Positions 10,043-20,203 of a DNA stretch of 64,000 nucleotides are shown here, piece after piece. The stretch's first letter is position 1. Each line of letters begins with the position of its first letter. The stretch is from Patescibacteria group bacterium. Its GTDB lineage: Bacteria > Patescibacteriota > Microgenomatia > PFEM01 > JAHIFH01. The stretch spans positions 47,956 to 111,955 of the forward strand of contig DATKWU010000018.1 in the NCBI GenBank assembly GCA_035529375.1, read 5' to 3'. The position numbers and the translations under genes are program-made. A model generated the notes under the pieces. It saw nothing but the letters and a program-made list of their open reading frames with translations. It searched no databases and was not told where the DNA came from.

Positions 10043-10875
10043 TTTTTAAAAACCTCAATTATTTCTGCTAAACTTAATTTGGTTGGTTTCATCTCATGAC
10101 TGGTGGCGGCATTAAGCAATAATTTTTTTGATTGATGCAAATACCAATCTGAATTAGGGTCCCTTTTTCTGAATTGATTATAAGCCTTAGTCAAATCAAC
10201 CTCAGTATCATAACGACCATAAATCCTCACCCCGCCCGATTCCGGATCTCTTCTAATCACCAAACTATAACCACCCTTTTCTCCCTCCCACAAGACATTA
10301 TCATTACCAGTTTCTAAACCAATGCCTTTACCCCAAAGGGTTGAAAATTCAATCCCCTCTTTCAATTCTTCCTGAGCGTCAAGACTTTTTTTAATTTGAT
10401 GGAAAACCGCATCCATCCCTTTTAAGCCAAAATTCATTGCTTCCTCATCACTCCCAGCCATGCCTCTAATCCCAGCAATTAAACTATGTAAATAAAAATC
10501 ATAACGATGAGTTTTTGTTTCTGGCCAATTCAAATCCCGAGCATTATCAACTTCAGTCGCCACTTTAATTATTTGAATCAAAGATTTTTCATCTAAATCT
10601 TTAAAAGGACTTCCTTTCCTTTCTTGCTTAAGGAACACAAAACAACGTTCAGCGGCCGAAGTTATTTCTTCCAACTGGTGATGATCAAGTTTCCCCAAAC
10701 CAGTATCAACATGTAAAACATTGGGGTCTTTATCTGGTGGTTTTTGGTCAATCGTTTCACCAGCTTGACAATAAGCAATTTCCGCCTCTTCCCAATCAGG
10801 TAAAAAACGTTTGATTAACCAAACAGCCACCACGGCATCCAAATCAGGATTAATGTGAGTAACGATCTTTTTCAT
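10039..10875 (-). CDS. DHH-like phosphoesterase
   Basis: THINPDLDA, LHVDTG and LDHHQ match DHH motifs I-III. Confidence 0.6.
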   Translation of the reverse strand: MKKIVTHINPDLDAVVAVWLIKRFLPDWEEAEIAYCQAGETIDQKPPDKDPNVLHVDTGLGKLDHHQLEEITSAAERCFVFLKQERKGSPFKDLDEKSLIQIIKVATEVDNARDLNWPETKTHRYDFYLHSLIAGIRGMAGSDEEAMNFGLKGMDAVFHQIKKSLDAQEELKEGIEFSTLWGKGIGLETGNDNVLWEGEKGGYSLVIRRDPESGGVRIYGRYDTEVDLTKAYNQFRKRDPNSDWYLHQSKKLLLNAATSHEMKPTKLSLAEIIEVFKK

Positions 10876-10888
10876 TGAAACAATTCTA

Positions 10889-11857
10889 TCACAAAAGTTT
10901 AATTATTGCCCGAGCGAGTTTTTGCGAATCATGACGAAGAAGATTGCCTTTTTGAGAAAAATCTCGAACGATTACTACCACATTAAAATTTTTCCCCTGA
11001 CCTAAATCATTCTTAACCAACTCTGCTTTGTATTTTTTATACCAACGTAAAGTTTTGGGGGTCACTTTAACTTTCTTACTGACTAAAGCATAATTTAATC
11101 TCTTTCCCGCCGGCCCTAAATATTTTTTTATCTCCCTGACAAAATCACTGGCTTTAAAACCATTAGTCTCACCATGTTTAGTCATTAAATTAACAATTAA
11201 AATTACTTTTGCTTTTGAATCCTTAATCGCTTTGTTAACTCCAGAAACTAAAAGATTAGGAATAATCGAGGTGTAAAGATCGCCAGGTCCCAAAGCAATC
11301 AAATCAGCTTTTAAAATCGCTTTTTTTGTTTCAGAAAAAATTCTGCCTTTAGGGGAAAGGTAAATTTCCTCAATCGGTACTTTTGGTTTAATATCCCGAA
11401 CATCAATATTAGTTTCACCTCGAATAATTGTCCCGTCCTTGAGACGAGCAATCAATTCGGTCTTACCTGTCGTCACTGGTAGGACTTGGCCAGAAACTTC
11501 CAAAATTCTGGCGGCTTCAGAGATAGCGATATCGGTCCGACCGGTTATCTGCATTAAAGCTGCTAAAAGTAAATTACCCAAAGAATGACCGGCCAATTCA
11601 CCATTGTCAAAACGAAAATCAAAAAGGGCGTTAAGCGTTTTCTTCTTAATCCGCAGACCAGATAAAGCCAGTAAGGCTCGGCGAGCATCACCAGGCGGTA
11701 AAATACCTAACTCCTTTCGTAAACGACCACTCGAACCACCAGAATCAGACATGGTCACCACAGCGGTTAAATCAACTGGAAATTGACGAAGTCCAAGAAG
11801 TACTTGGTAAGTACCTGTTCCCCCACCCAAACAAACTATCTTGGGGCGTCGCTTCAT
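10889..11857 (-). CDS. YvcK/GlmR family (gluconeogenesis factor, CofD-like)
   Basis: GGGTG, DSGGSSGRLR, PPGD, GHSLGNL, GPGDLYTSIIPNL, RHDS. Confidence 0.93.
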   Translation of the reverse strand: MKRRPKIVCLGGGTGTYQVLLGLRQFPVDLTAVVTMSDSGGSSGRLRKELGILPPGDARRALLALSGLRIKKKTLNALFDFRFDNGELAGHSLGNLLLAALMQITGRTDIAISEAARILEVSGQVLPVTTGKTELIARLKDGTIIRGETNIDVRDIKPKVPIEEIYLSPKGRIFSETKKAILKADLIALGPGDLYTSIIPNLLVSGVNKAIKDSKAKVILIVNLMTKHGETNGFKASDFVREIKKYLGPAGKRLNYALVSKKVKVTPKTLRWYKKYKAELVKNDLGQGKNFNVVVIVRDFSQKGNLLRHDSQKLARAIIKLL

Positions 11858-11901
11858 TAAGGAATCATTATAACAAAATAAAGCAAGAAGGTTTTTTTAT
11901 T

Positions 11902-13344
11902 TTAATAAGCTTGGGCAAAAAACCAACGATGTTGAGCAGATCGACCACAACAAACACACTTCCCTTTTTCTACCTTAGCATCTAAAGGCAGTAATCGCGA
12001 AGTTGCTTTAGTTTCTTCTTTAATTTTAGTTTCACATTTGGGATCCTCACACCAAAAGGCCTTAATAAAACCTTTCTTTCCTGTCATTATCTTTTTAAAT
12101 TCCTGATAATCCTTAACTTCATGAGTATTATCATCTAGAAATTTCCGGCTTTCATCAAGGATTGAATCTTGAATTTCCTCAAGAGTTTTTCTTGTCTCTG
12201 CTACTACCTTATTCAAGTCTACCTCCCACTTTTTTTGTTGATCCCGTCGTCCTAAGGTAACTATTTTCTTTTGAACTTCTTTTGGACCAACCATCATCTG
12301 AATAGGAACGCCTTTTAACTCCCACTCATTAAATCGCCAACCAGGTGTTTGCTCTTCCCGAGAATCAAGAACTGTCCGAATACCAGCTTTTTCTAAGTCA
12401 TATTTCAGTTTACTAGCCATTTTAAAAACTGCCTCGTTATTCTTATCATTAATAGGAATAATCACCACTTGATTGGGAGCAATTTTAGGAGGTAGAACTA
12501 ATCCTTGATCATCACCATGAGCCATAATTAGAGCGCCAATCGAACGAGTCGAAAAACCCCAACAAGTCTGCCAAACATTTTCCAACTTTCCTTTTTTGTT
12601 TTGAAACTGAATCTTAAATGGCTTAGAAAAGTTTTGACCCAGATCATGAGAAGTACACCCCTGAAGAACCTTACCATCAGGCATTAACATTTCGTAAGCA
12701 AAAGTATCAACCGCTCCAGGAAATTTCTCTGCTTCAGATTTTTTTCCCATTAATCCTGGCAAAGCCAACCATTCTTGATAGAGTTTGGCATACATCATAA
12801 GAGCTCTATCAACTTCTTTCTTTGCCTCCTCATGGGTAGCATGACAAGTATGTCCCTCTTGCCATAAAAACTCTGTGGTTCTCAAAAAAAGATAAGTCCG
12901 TTTTTCCCAACGAACAATGTTGCACCACTGGTTAATACATAAGGGTAAACTCCGCCAGGAATCAATCCACTTGGCGAACATTGAATAGATAATTGTTTCT
13001 GAAGTAGGCCGAACGACTAATTTCTCCTCCAACTTTTCACCACCACCAATGGTTACTACCGCCAGTTCTGGTGAAAAACCCTCAACGTGTTCTTTTTCCT
13101 TTTTAATAAAGCTTTCAGGAATAAAAAGAGGAAAATAGGCGTTTTTAATCCCAGCTGATTTAATCATCTCATCCAAAGCAGACTTAATATTCTCCCATAA
13201 ACCATAGCCATAAGGCCTAATTACCATACAACCCTTAACCGGTGAATAATCAGCTAAGCCAGCCTTCAAAATAACGTCGGTATACCAACGAGAAAAATTC
13301 TTTGATTTCTTAGCAATTTCTTTTTTTTCAAATTCTTCTGCCAT
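11902..13344 (-). CDS. proS: proline--tRNA ligase, archaeal/eukaryote-like type
   Basis: RPTSET, FLRTTEFLWQEGHT, SHDLGQNF, C-terminal zinc domain ending AY. Confidence 0.96.
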   Translation of the reverse strand: MAEEFEKKEIAKKSKNFSRWYTDVILKAGLADYSPVKGCMVIRPYGYGLWENIKSALDEMIKSAGIKNAYFPLFIPESFIKKEKEHVEGFSPELAVVTIGGGEKLEEKLVVRPTSETIIYSMFAKWIDSWRSLPLCINQWCNIVRWEKRTYLFLRTTEFLWQEGHTCHATHEEAKKEVDRALMMYAKLYQEWLALPGLMGKKSEAEKFPGAVDTFAYEMLMPDGKVLQGCTSHDLGQNFSKPFKIQFQNKKGKLENVWQTCWGFSTRSIGALIMAHGDDQGLVLPPKIAPNQVVIIPINDKNNEAVFKMASKLKYDLEKAGIRTVLDSREEQTPGWRFNEWELKGVPIQMMVGPKEVQKKIVTLGRRDQQKKWEVDLNKVVAETRKTLEEIQDSILDESRKFLDDNTHEVKDYQEFKKIMTGKKGFIKAFWCEDPKCETKIKEETKATSRLLPLDAKVEKGKCVCCGRSAQHRWFFAQAY

Positions 13345-13407
13345 TTTAGAAAGATTCTAAATTATCTACAAAATTCATTATAGTGAAACCTATTTATAAG
13401 AGCAAGA

Positions 13408-14574
13408 TTAAAATGGAAGAATTGAATGAAGTTTGGTTCCCAAAGAAGTCGTTTCAATTAAACGTCGCACATCATTAATCGTCACTAAGGCCAAAAGTAA
13501 CATTAAAAGTGCCATACCAATCAGATTAACCCATTGTTCAATCTTGGGTTTAGGTTTTTTTCTGGCAATCGCTTCGTAAGCAATAAAAATCAATTTACCG
13601 CCGTCTAAAGCCGGAAAAGGCAAAATATTAAGAATCGCCAAATTAATTGATAAAACACCAATAAACTGAAGAATAGTTAGCCAGCCACTTCGAGCCACGG
13701 TTGAAGTTAATTGAAGAATTCCCACTGGACCAGCAATTTCCTTAGGCACCTGGCCTTTAGTGACCAAATCACCAAACATTTGACCGATACCTCCAGCAAT
13801 CAAACCTGTCCAGGCAAAAGCTTCTTTAAAACCCTCTTTTGCTCCGTAAAAGGGCATTTGCCAAAGCGGATACTTTTTCATTTCCATATCACTAATCACC
13901 ACTCCCAAGGCCCCTTCGCCTTCAGGCGGATTTTCCCGCGGTGTCATAAAAAGAATTAATTTTCCATTCTCACAACTAAAACCCAAACCGCCTAAAACCT
14001 TTTCCAAACAGGGATTGTTTTCTTTTCTGTCTACTTTAAGGGTAATTTGTTTGCCTTTTTCCTGATTAACCAAGTCAACAAATTGATTAACATTATCAAC
14101 CACCACCTCATTAACACTCAAAACAAGATCACCTGTCATTAAACCGGCTTGAACCGCCGGTCCGTTTTCCACCAAACCGACAATTTCCACTTGATTAGTC
14201 TTGGTGGGAATACCGGCTACCGAATAAACAACCGAAAAACAAACAATGGCTAACAAAAAATTGCCTATAACGCCGGCAACAATCACTCCGGTTCTGGCTC
14301 TTTTTGATTTATTCCAAAAACTTCTCTCTTGTTTTTTAAGTCGCTCACTTTCTTCTAAATCTTCACCCAAAAGCCTGACAAAACCACCAAACAATAACCA
14401 GTTAATTGAATAAACGGTCTCACCAATCTTTTTAGCAAACATCCGAGGCGGGTAACCAAAGCCAAATTCTTCCACCCCAATTCCGGCTCTTTTGGCCACT
14501 AAAAAATGGCCCAGCTCATGAACTAAGATTAGAAGGGATAAAACTAATAAGGCGAGAATAATGGTTAAAAGCAT
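13408..14574 (-). CDS. rseP: RIP metalloprotease RseP (M50, PDZ)
   Basis: HELGH, PDZ region, NILPFPALDGG. Confidence 0.95.
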   Translation of the reverse strand: MLLTIILALLVLSLLILVHELGHFLVAKRAGIGVEEFGFGYPPRMFAKKIGETVYSINWLLFGGFVRLLGEDLEESERLKKQERSFWNKSKRARTGVIVAGVIGNFLLAIVCFSVVYSVAGIPTKTNQVEIVGLVENGPAVQAGLMTGDLVLSVNEVVVDNVNQFVDLVNQEKGKQITLKVDRKENNPCLEKVLGGLGFSCENGKLILFMTPRENPPEGEGALGVVISDMEMKKYPLWQMPFYGAKEGFKEAFAWTGLIAGGIGQMFGDLVTKGQVPKEIAGPVGILQLTSTVARSGWLTILQFIGVLSINLAILNILPFPALDGGKLIFIAYEAIARKKPKPKIEQWVNLIGMALLMLLLALVTINDVRRLIETTSLGTKLHSILPF

Positions 14575-15120
14575 TTAGATGGTTAGTAATTGGTCTTCTT
14601 TTTGCTTACCTATTTCCGCAATTTTCTGATTAAACTCGTTGGTAATTTCCTGTAATTCCTTTTCTCTTCTAAATTTTTCATCTTCAGAAATTTCTTTTTT
14701 TTCAAAAGCACTCCGAATCTCCTGCATCTTATCCTGACGCACCTGACGAATCATCACCCGGCCTGATTCCAATTTTTGACCTAAAACCTTAACTAACTCC
14801 TTCCGTCTTTCCTCACTCAAAGGAGGGATGGTTAAACGAATCGTCTCACCATCAACCACCGGATTAAGACCCAAATCCCGATCCAAAGATAAGGCCTTCT
14901 CAATATTTCTGATAACCGCTTGATCAAAAGGGGTAATTAATAATTGGTTGGATTCAGGAGAGGCAATCGTTGCTAACTCCACCAAAGGCATTTTTGTTTC
15001 ATAAGCCTCAACCTGAATTTGTTCGACTAAAGCCGGTGTCGCCCGGCCCACTTTCAAACTTACCAGTTCTTGGTGCAGGAGGTCGAGCACTTTTTCCATT
15101 TTTTGACGAACTTCGTCCAC
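14575..15120 (-). CDS. frr: ribosome recycling factor
   Basis: GRATPALV, IPPLSEERRKELVK. Confidence 0.96.
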   Translation of the reverse strand: MDEVRQKMEKVLDLLHQELVSLKVGRATPALVEQIQVEAYETKMPLVELATIASPESNQLLITPFDQAVIRNIEKALSLDRDLGLNPVVDGETIRLTIPPLSEERRKELVKVLGQKLESGRVMIRQVRQDKMQEIRSAFEKKEISEDEKFRREKELQEITNEFNQKIAEIGKQKEDQLLTI

Positions 15121-15121
15121 T

Positions 15122-15583
15122 TTACTCTCCTAATTCAAAACGGGCCACTCGATTAACAACAATATTCTCACCGGTCTTACTGATTAATTCCTTGACTAAA
15201 GAATCAATTGTTTCCTTTTCGTCTCGAATCCAAACTTGTTTTAAAAACTCTTTCACATTTTTAGGTTTCATTGCCGCCGCTTGCATGGCCAATTCATGAG
15301 CTAATTTTTTAAACTCGTCTGTTCGAGCCACAAAGTCGGTCTCACACAAAAGTTCAACCAGACCGGCAATCTTGCCATCATTATGAAGATAAACCTCGAT
15401 CAAACCCTGTTTTGTTTCTCGACCCTCTCTTTTAGAAGCTGATTCAATCCCTTTTTTTCTCAACCAAGCTTCGGCCTTTTTCAAATCACCACTCGACTCT
15501 TCCAGAGCTCGACGACAATCCATCACCCCTGCCTTGGTTTTAGCTCGAAGTTTCTTAATCTGGTCTGCCTTGATTTTGGTCAT
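15122..15583 (-). CDS. tsf: elongation factor Ts (short form)
   Basis: LRAKTKAGVMDC, CETDFVAR, GENIVVNR. Confidence 0.96.
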   Translation of the reverse strand: MTKIKADQIKKLRAKTKAGVMDCRRALEESSGDLKKAEAWLRKKGIESASKREGRETKQGLIEVYLHNDGKIAGLVELLCETDFVARTDEFKKLAHELAMQAAAMKPKNVKEFLKQVWIRDEKETIDSLVKELISKTGENIVVNRVARFELGE

Positions 15584-16305
15584 GATGTTTCCTTCTTTTC
15601 CTTACTGGCTTTTTTCTGCCAAGCCTCTCGGCCACTTCTCGCTGCTTCACCGATAATTGAAACAATTAATTTAATCGCGCCGACGGCATCATCATTAGCT
15701 GGTATTAGATAGTCTACCAAATCAGGATTGGAATTAGAATCAACAATCGCCACCACTGGAATATCTTTCATCTTCGCTTCCCTAATCGCAATTTCCTCTG
15801 TCTTGGTATCGACCATAAAAATAGCGGCTGGCAAATCTTCTAAATTAACCAAACCGCCCAATTTTTTATTCAATTTTTCCATTTCCCGATCAAGTAACAA
15901 TTGTTCTTTTTTAGTATATTTCTTATAATCACCTTTTTCCTTCTGCTCTCTCATCTCTATTAAGCGATTAATCCGTCCCTTGATTTCTTGCCAATTGGTA
16001 ATCGTTCCCCCCAACCAGCGTCGATCAACAAAAGGCATACTGGCTTTCTTGGCTTCTTCTTTAATAATCGCCTGGGCCTGACGTTTAGTACCGACAAAAA
16101 TAATTTGACCACCTTGGGCCGTCAATTCTCTGACAAAATCAGCCGCTTTTTCTAAGCCCTTCTTAGTTTTGACCAAATCAAAAACATGGACTCCGTCTCG
16201 AACCCCAAAAAGATAATCCTCCATTTTAGGATTCCAACGACGCGCCTGATGACCGAAGTGAGCTCCGGCTTCCAATAAATCTTTAAGCGATACTTTAGTG
16301 GCCAT
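15580..16305 (-). CDS. rpsB: 30S ribosomal protein S2
   Basis: LLEAGAHFGH, RWNPKM, RWLGGTITN, PANDDA. Confidence 0.98.
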   Translation of the reverse strand: MATKVSLKDLLEAGAHFGHQARRWNPKMEDYLFGVRDGVHVFDLVKTKKGLEKAADFVRELTAQGGQIIFVGTKRQAQAIIKEEAKKASMPFVDRRWLGGTITNWQEIKGRINRLIEMREQKEKGDYKKYTKKEQLLLDREMEKLNKKLGGLVNLEDLPAAIFMVDTKTEEIAIREAKMKDIPVVAIVDSNSNPDLVDYLIPANDDAVGAIKLIVSIIGEAARSGREAWQKKASKEKKETS

Positions 16306-16371
16306 TAATTTGTTTCCTTAAACCTCTATCCGGAAGGAGCAGTCAGGAAACTTCGTCCCGGATATGTGTGA
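16306..16371 (-). promoter_or_regulatory. putative S2 (rpsB) autoregulatory leader RNA
   Basis: Sense strand CACACA-TATCCGG...CCGGATA-GAGG: stem flanked by ACAC and GAGG, resembling known rpsB leaders. Confidence 0.55.
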
Positions 16372-16393
16372 TGAAATAATTTTAACACAAAAC

Positions 16394-16927
16394 TTAAGGC
16401 TTCACAAGCGTTTTAGCTCCATTCAAAATCTCATCAATTTTATTTTTTAATTCGACTAAATATTTTTCATCTTTAATAAAAGGAAGGTTGGCCCGAACAT
16501 TTTCTAAAGCTCCGTAAACAGCCGCTGTCGCCAATTCAATGGCGCAAAAAGCATCAGAGCGAAGATTTTGGTTACCATATTCAGAAGCATAGATAGCTCT
16601 TTTTAAAACTTCCAAAGATTTTTGCGCCGTCTCCAAGGGCACTTCAGCTGCTTTTTTAGTGGCCGCTTGGCCGCCCTTGGTTTTAACCACCGCTTGATAA
16701 GCCCGCATATCCTTATCAACTAAAATAAACAAATCTTTCTGAAGTTTAACAATTTCCTTGTTTAACTGTTTAAACTGTTCCTCAACCTCTCGATACTTGC
16801 CTTTACCAATCGTTAAAAGACAAACCTTATTCACCAAAGCCGCAGCCAAAGCACCAGCCAAAGCCGAAGCACTACCTCCACCAGGAGCGGATTTTTTAGA
16901 AGCAACTTCATTTAAAAATTTTTTCAT
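16394..16927 (-). CDS. formimidoyl-THF cyclodeaminase / cyclohydrolase (FTCD_C) family
   Basis: SAPGGGSASALAGA, AAEVPL, GNQNLRSDA, NVRANL. Confidence 0.9.
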   Translation of the reverse strand: MKKFLNEVASKKSAPGGGSASALAGALAAALVNKVCLLTIGKGKYREVEEQFKQLNKEIVKLQKDLFILVDKDMRAYQAVVKTKGGQAATKKAAEVPLETAQKSLEVLKRAIYASEYGNQNLRSDAFCAIELATAAVYGALENVRANLPFIKDEKYLVELKNKIDEILNGAKTLVKP

Positions 16928-17823
16928 TCTTTTAATTTGTTTTCCAAAATCTGGTCTTCTTTAAAATCGATTAATTGAAGTTCAGCTAAATCAATCCCCT
17001 CTAAAGCCGCCTTGGGAACCATACCATAGATTTCAGAGCCAAAAACCTTAATTCCTCTTTTTCCCACCTCTTCCTTAACTTTTCGAAAAACCACATCCAT
17101 GTTCGTTTTTTCAAAATCACATAAATTAATCGAAACCTGAACAAAACCTTTATCCTTAATAGCAAAACCTAAAGCCTTGACTGCCGGAAAACCACCGTCT
17201 TTTTCCCGAATCAACCTGGCAATCTCTTTAGCAATTTCAACGTCTTGAGTATCAAGATTAATATTGTAAGCGATTAAAAACTTCCGGGCGCCAATCACCA
17301 TTGCCCCAGCTGTGGGATGCATTTGACTCGGACCAAAGTCAGGTTTTCTTTCAGGATTACTAGTAATTTCCTTTTTCAAATCCTCGTAATCACCTTGCCT
17401 GACATTAGCCAAATTAACTCTTTCTGGTCTACTAGCCGCCGCTTCATATAAATAAACTGGAATCTTCAATTCTTCGCCAACTCTTTTCCCCAATCTCTTA
17501 GCTAATTCAACACACTCTTCCATGGAAACATTGGCCACCGGTATAAAGGGAACGACATCAATGGCCCCAATTCGAGGATGTTCACCCTGATGTTTTTCCA
17601 TATCAATTAATTCGGTTGCCTTTTTAATCATCTCCCAAACCGCAACCAAAACCGCTTCTGGTTCACCAACAATTGTCGCTAAAGAACGGTTATGATCCTT
17701 GTCCCACTCAACGTCTAAAACTCTAACCTTTTCTTTATCACGAGCGGCATTAGCAATGGCCTGAATAATCTCTTGGTTTCTACCTTCAGAAAAATTGGGA
17801 ACACACTCAATAATTTTATCCAT
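16924..17823 (-). CDS. ftcd: glutamate formimidoyltransferase (FTCD FT domain)
   Basis: IIECVPNFSEG, DHNRS, HPRIGAIDVVPF, GARKFLIAYN. Confidence 0.94.
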   Translation of the reverse strand: MDKIIECVPNFSEGRNQEIIQAIANAARDKEKVRVLDVEWDKDHNRSLATIVGEPEAVLVAVWEMIKKATELIDMEKHQGEHPRIGAIDVVPFIPVANVSMEECVELAKRLGKRVGEELKIPVYLYEAAASRPERVNLANVRQGDYEDLKKEITSNPERKPDFGPSQMHPTAGAMVIGARKFLIAYNINLDTQDVEIAKEIARLIREKDGGFPAVKALGFAIKDKGFVQVSINLCDFEKTNMDVVFRKVKEEVGKRGIKVFGSEIYGMVPKAALEGIDLAELQLIDFKEDQILENKLKE

Positions 17824-17872
17824 CAGAAGAATTATATAATAAGATTCTCTTGAAGCCAATTAGAAGTAATAA

Positions 17873-18112
17873 TTAAAATTGACAATGCCCTCTGCCAGAC
17901 CTACTCTCAACTCTAGCAATAAAAATATCTCCTTCTTGGATAGGCTCAATAATTTCACAGGAAACAGAGCCAATTTCTCCAGGATAACCAACATTAACAC
18001 TTCCCCCTACTTTTAAGCTATTTAAAACCTCAGAGCCATAAACTATTTCTTGTTGAATATCGCCTTCAAATCTAACTCTTATTGATCTTTCTTGATTTTT
18101 ATATCTCTCCAT
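17873..18112 (-). CDS. small hypothetical protein
   Basis: 79-aa ORF co-oriented within cluster. Confidence 0.45.
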   Translation of the reverse strand: MERYKNQERSIRVRFEGDIQQEIVYGSEVLNSLKVGGSVNVGYPGEIGSVSCEIIEPIQEGDIFIARVESRSGRGHCQF

Positions 18113-18146
18113 CCTATTTTTTAATAATCTTTTAATAATTATTTAT

Positions 18147-18377
18147 TTACCAAGTCCCCTCGATATCCTCAGGATTAACTCCAGAGTTTAATAATCGGGC
18201 CGCCTCTTCAGCTGTTTCAGGATCGAGAAAAAGCTGATCACCCGCACCGGTTCTGGCTCCTTCTCCAAATCTAACAATACCACCTTTTTGGGTATCTCTA
18301 ACATGGGGATAACACCCTATCTCACCAGGTAGATAAACTACCTCAAACCTTCCTTCAGCTTCTAAATTCCTTCCCAT
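18147..18377 (-). CDS. small hypothetical protein
   Basis: 76-aa ORF starting 1 nt after tmk stop. Confidence 0.5.
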   Translation of the reverse strand: MGRNLEAEGRFEVVYLPGEIGCYPHVRDTQKGGIVRFGEGARTGAGDQLFLDPETAEEAARLLNSGVNPEDIEGTW

Positions 18378-18378
18378 T

Positions 18379-19086
18379 TTATTTTTTAATTATTTTTCTT
18401 TTTTTCAAAGCCTCTAAAACCTTTTCGTGAATCTCTTGAGGCGTTAACAAATCATCATCAAAACAATTAATTCTTATCCAATAAGGATATCTTCTTACCA
18501 ATCGCAAATAAACTTCCGAACTCTTTTTTTGATGGTCCAAATCAGCTTCGTGAATATCCCGCCCCTGACCTCCAATATAACCACGATTTCCCTTCTTGTC
18601 AACCAATAGCTGGCCAATAACAACTGGCATATAAAGAAAAATAACAATATCCTCCTTGGGAATACCAAAAATTTCATATTCCAACTTTTCTAAAAAACGA
18701 AGAAATTTTATTTGTTCTTCTTTAGGCAATTTGGCGGTCTGGTGACCCATACTCGAACCTGTATAACGATTAGCGACCACAAGTTTGCCTTGAGTCAACC
18801 ATTTCTCAATTCTTTCCTTGGCTTCAAACCGATCACCAGCATAAGTCAGAGAAGCTAAATAAGGACTGACTTCATCATTGCCACCAAATTCCCCTTTTAA
18901 AAACCGCCCCACTAACTTCCCAAAAAAAGAAGTGTAGTATTGAGGAAAATCAGCCTCTTCAACCTGATAGCCATTTGCTTTTAAATAGAAAATCAACAAC
19001 TTTAACTGAGTTGTCTTCCCGCTCCCATCGGTTCCTTCTAAAACAATAAACTTGCCTTTCTTCGTTTCCTTAACAGGTTTTCTCAT
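18379..19086 (-). CDS. tmk: thymidylate kinase
   Basis: FIVLEGTDGSGKTTQ, DFPQY, YAGDR, NRYTGS. Confidence 0.92.
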   Translation of the reverse strand: MRKPVKETKKGKFIVLEGTDGSGKTTQLKLLIFYLKANGYQVEEADFPQYYTSFFGKLVGRFLKGEFGGNDEVSPYLASLTYAGDRFEAKERIEKWLTQGKLVVANRYTGSSMGHQTAKLPKEEQIKFLRFLEKLEYEIFGIPKEDIVIFLYMPVVIGQLLVDKKGNRGYIGGQGRDIHEADLDHQKKSSEVYLRLVRRYPYWIRINCFDDDLLTPQEIHEKVLEALKKRKIIKK

Positions 19087-20141
19087 TTTAGTCTATCCAA
19101 ATGAGTATAATTCCTAACGCCAGCGTAATTAATAACAGCCCATTTTCTATAAGCCCTCTCGCCATGAATCTCAACATGGCAATGCGAACAAACAGGAATA
19201 TAAACATTCTCAACGGCTACTCTTTCTTGATCAATCGGTACTAAAGGCCTCACAACATATTCCTCTCCATCACTAAGCATTCCTTTCCAGTAATAAAGCT
19301 CAGTCAAGGCTTGTGTTTCTGCTCCGGCACCACAAAGACATTGCGGATACATTGTAAAATACTCAATCTCTCTATTTTCTCTCTGAGCCCTTAAGACTTC
19401 TAAAATCGGTGGGAAAGCTTCTCCAGTAGCAAATCTTTCTATAAGTCCACCAGCATACTTTATACCCCTAGCGATAGCAATCTCAGGAATTGTTACCGCA
19501 GCTCTTTCTCTTTGGTAAAGATAAGGCAAAGCTTTAGATTTCCCAAAGGTTATCAAATTAATTTCATCCTGAATAAGCAAATCAACATTACATTTTCTAA
19601 CAACCTCTATAGCTTGAGCGATATCTTCCACCTCAATAAGTTCGACCGAATCAGGAAAAGCCTCAATCAACGACTGATGTCTATCTGCTTTTCTCGCTTT
19701 TGCTGGTCTCAAATGAATAACCTTCAATCCTCTCTTAGCAGCCTCATAGCCTAATCCGGCTAAAAATATACTTTTACCTCCCCTCATCCCTCCTCCTGCA
19801 TACAAAGCTTTGTAATCTGCATCTCCCTCCAAAAAACCATGTCTCTCAACAACAAGTTTAACCATCGCCTCGACCCGAGGACGAGTCTGCCAACCAAGTT
19901 CTCTGTCTGGAGCAAGATAATAATTAACTCCTTGTTCATCCATAATAATATGACCGAACTCGCCATCAACAACTTCAGCGGCTGGTCCTGGAAAAGGAGC
20001 CTCTTCTTCCATAAAAGAAGGTAAAGGTTTTTCCTTTATCTTTGGATCAAAACTTTCAAATCTAATCGACCCTGACCAATGCAAATCAAGATCCTGCTTC
20101 ATTTCAGAAAATCTTGTACAAGGACTATTTTCGGGTGTCAC
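19083..20141 (-). CDS. tdk: divergent thymidine kinase (TK1-type) with N-terminal extension
   Basis: GGMRGGKS P-loop, LLIQDE Walker B, GL..FATGEAF, QCLCG and YIPVCSHCH zinc ligands; lies between thyX and tmk. Confidence 0.7.
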   Translation of the reverse strand: MTPENSPCTRFSEMKQDLDLHWSGSIRFESFDPKIKEKPLPSFMEEEAPFPGPAAEVVDGEFGHIIMDEQGVNYYLAPDRELGWQTRPRVEAMVKLVVERHGFLEGDADYKALYAGGGMRGGKSIFLAGLGYEAAKRGLKVIHLRPAKARKADRHQSLIEAFPDSVELIEVEDIAQAIEVVRKCNVDLLIQDEINLITFGKSKALPYLYQRERAAVTIPEIAIARGIKYAGGLIERFATGEAFPPILEVLRAQRENREIEYFTMYPQCLCGAGAETQALTELYYWKGMLSDGEEYVVRPLVPIDQERVAVENVYIPVCSHCHVEIHGERAYRKWAVINYAGVRNYTHLDRLK

Positions 20142-20203
20142 AAATTATTAATTCCTTTCTGGGCAGAAAAGAAATAAAAAGGAAGAGTCTAATGTTTTTA
20201 TTT

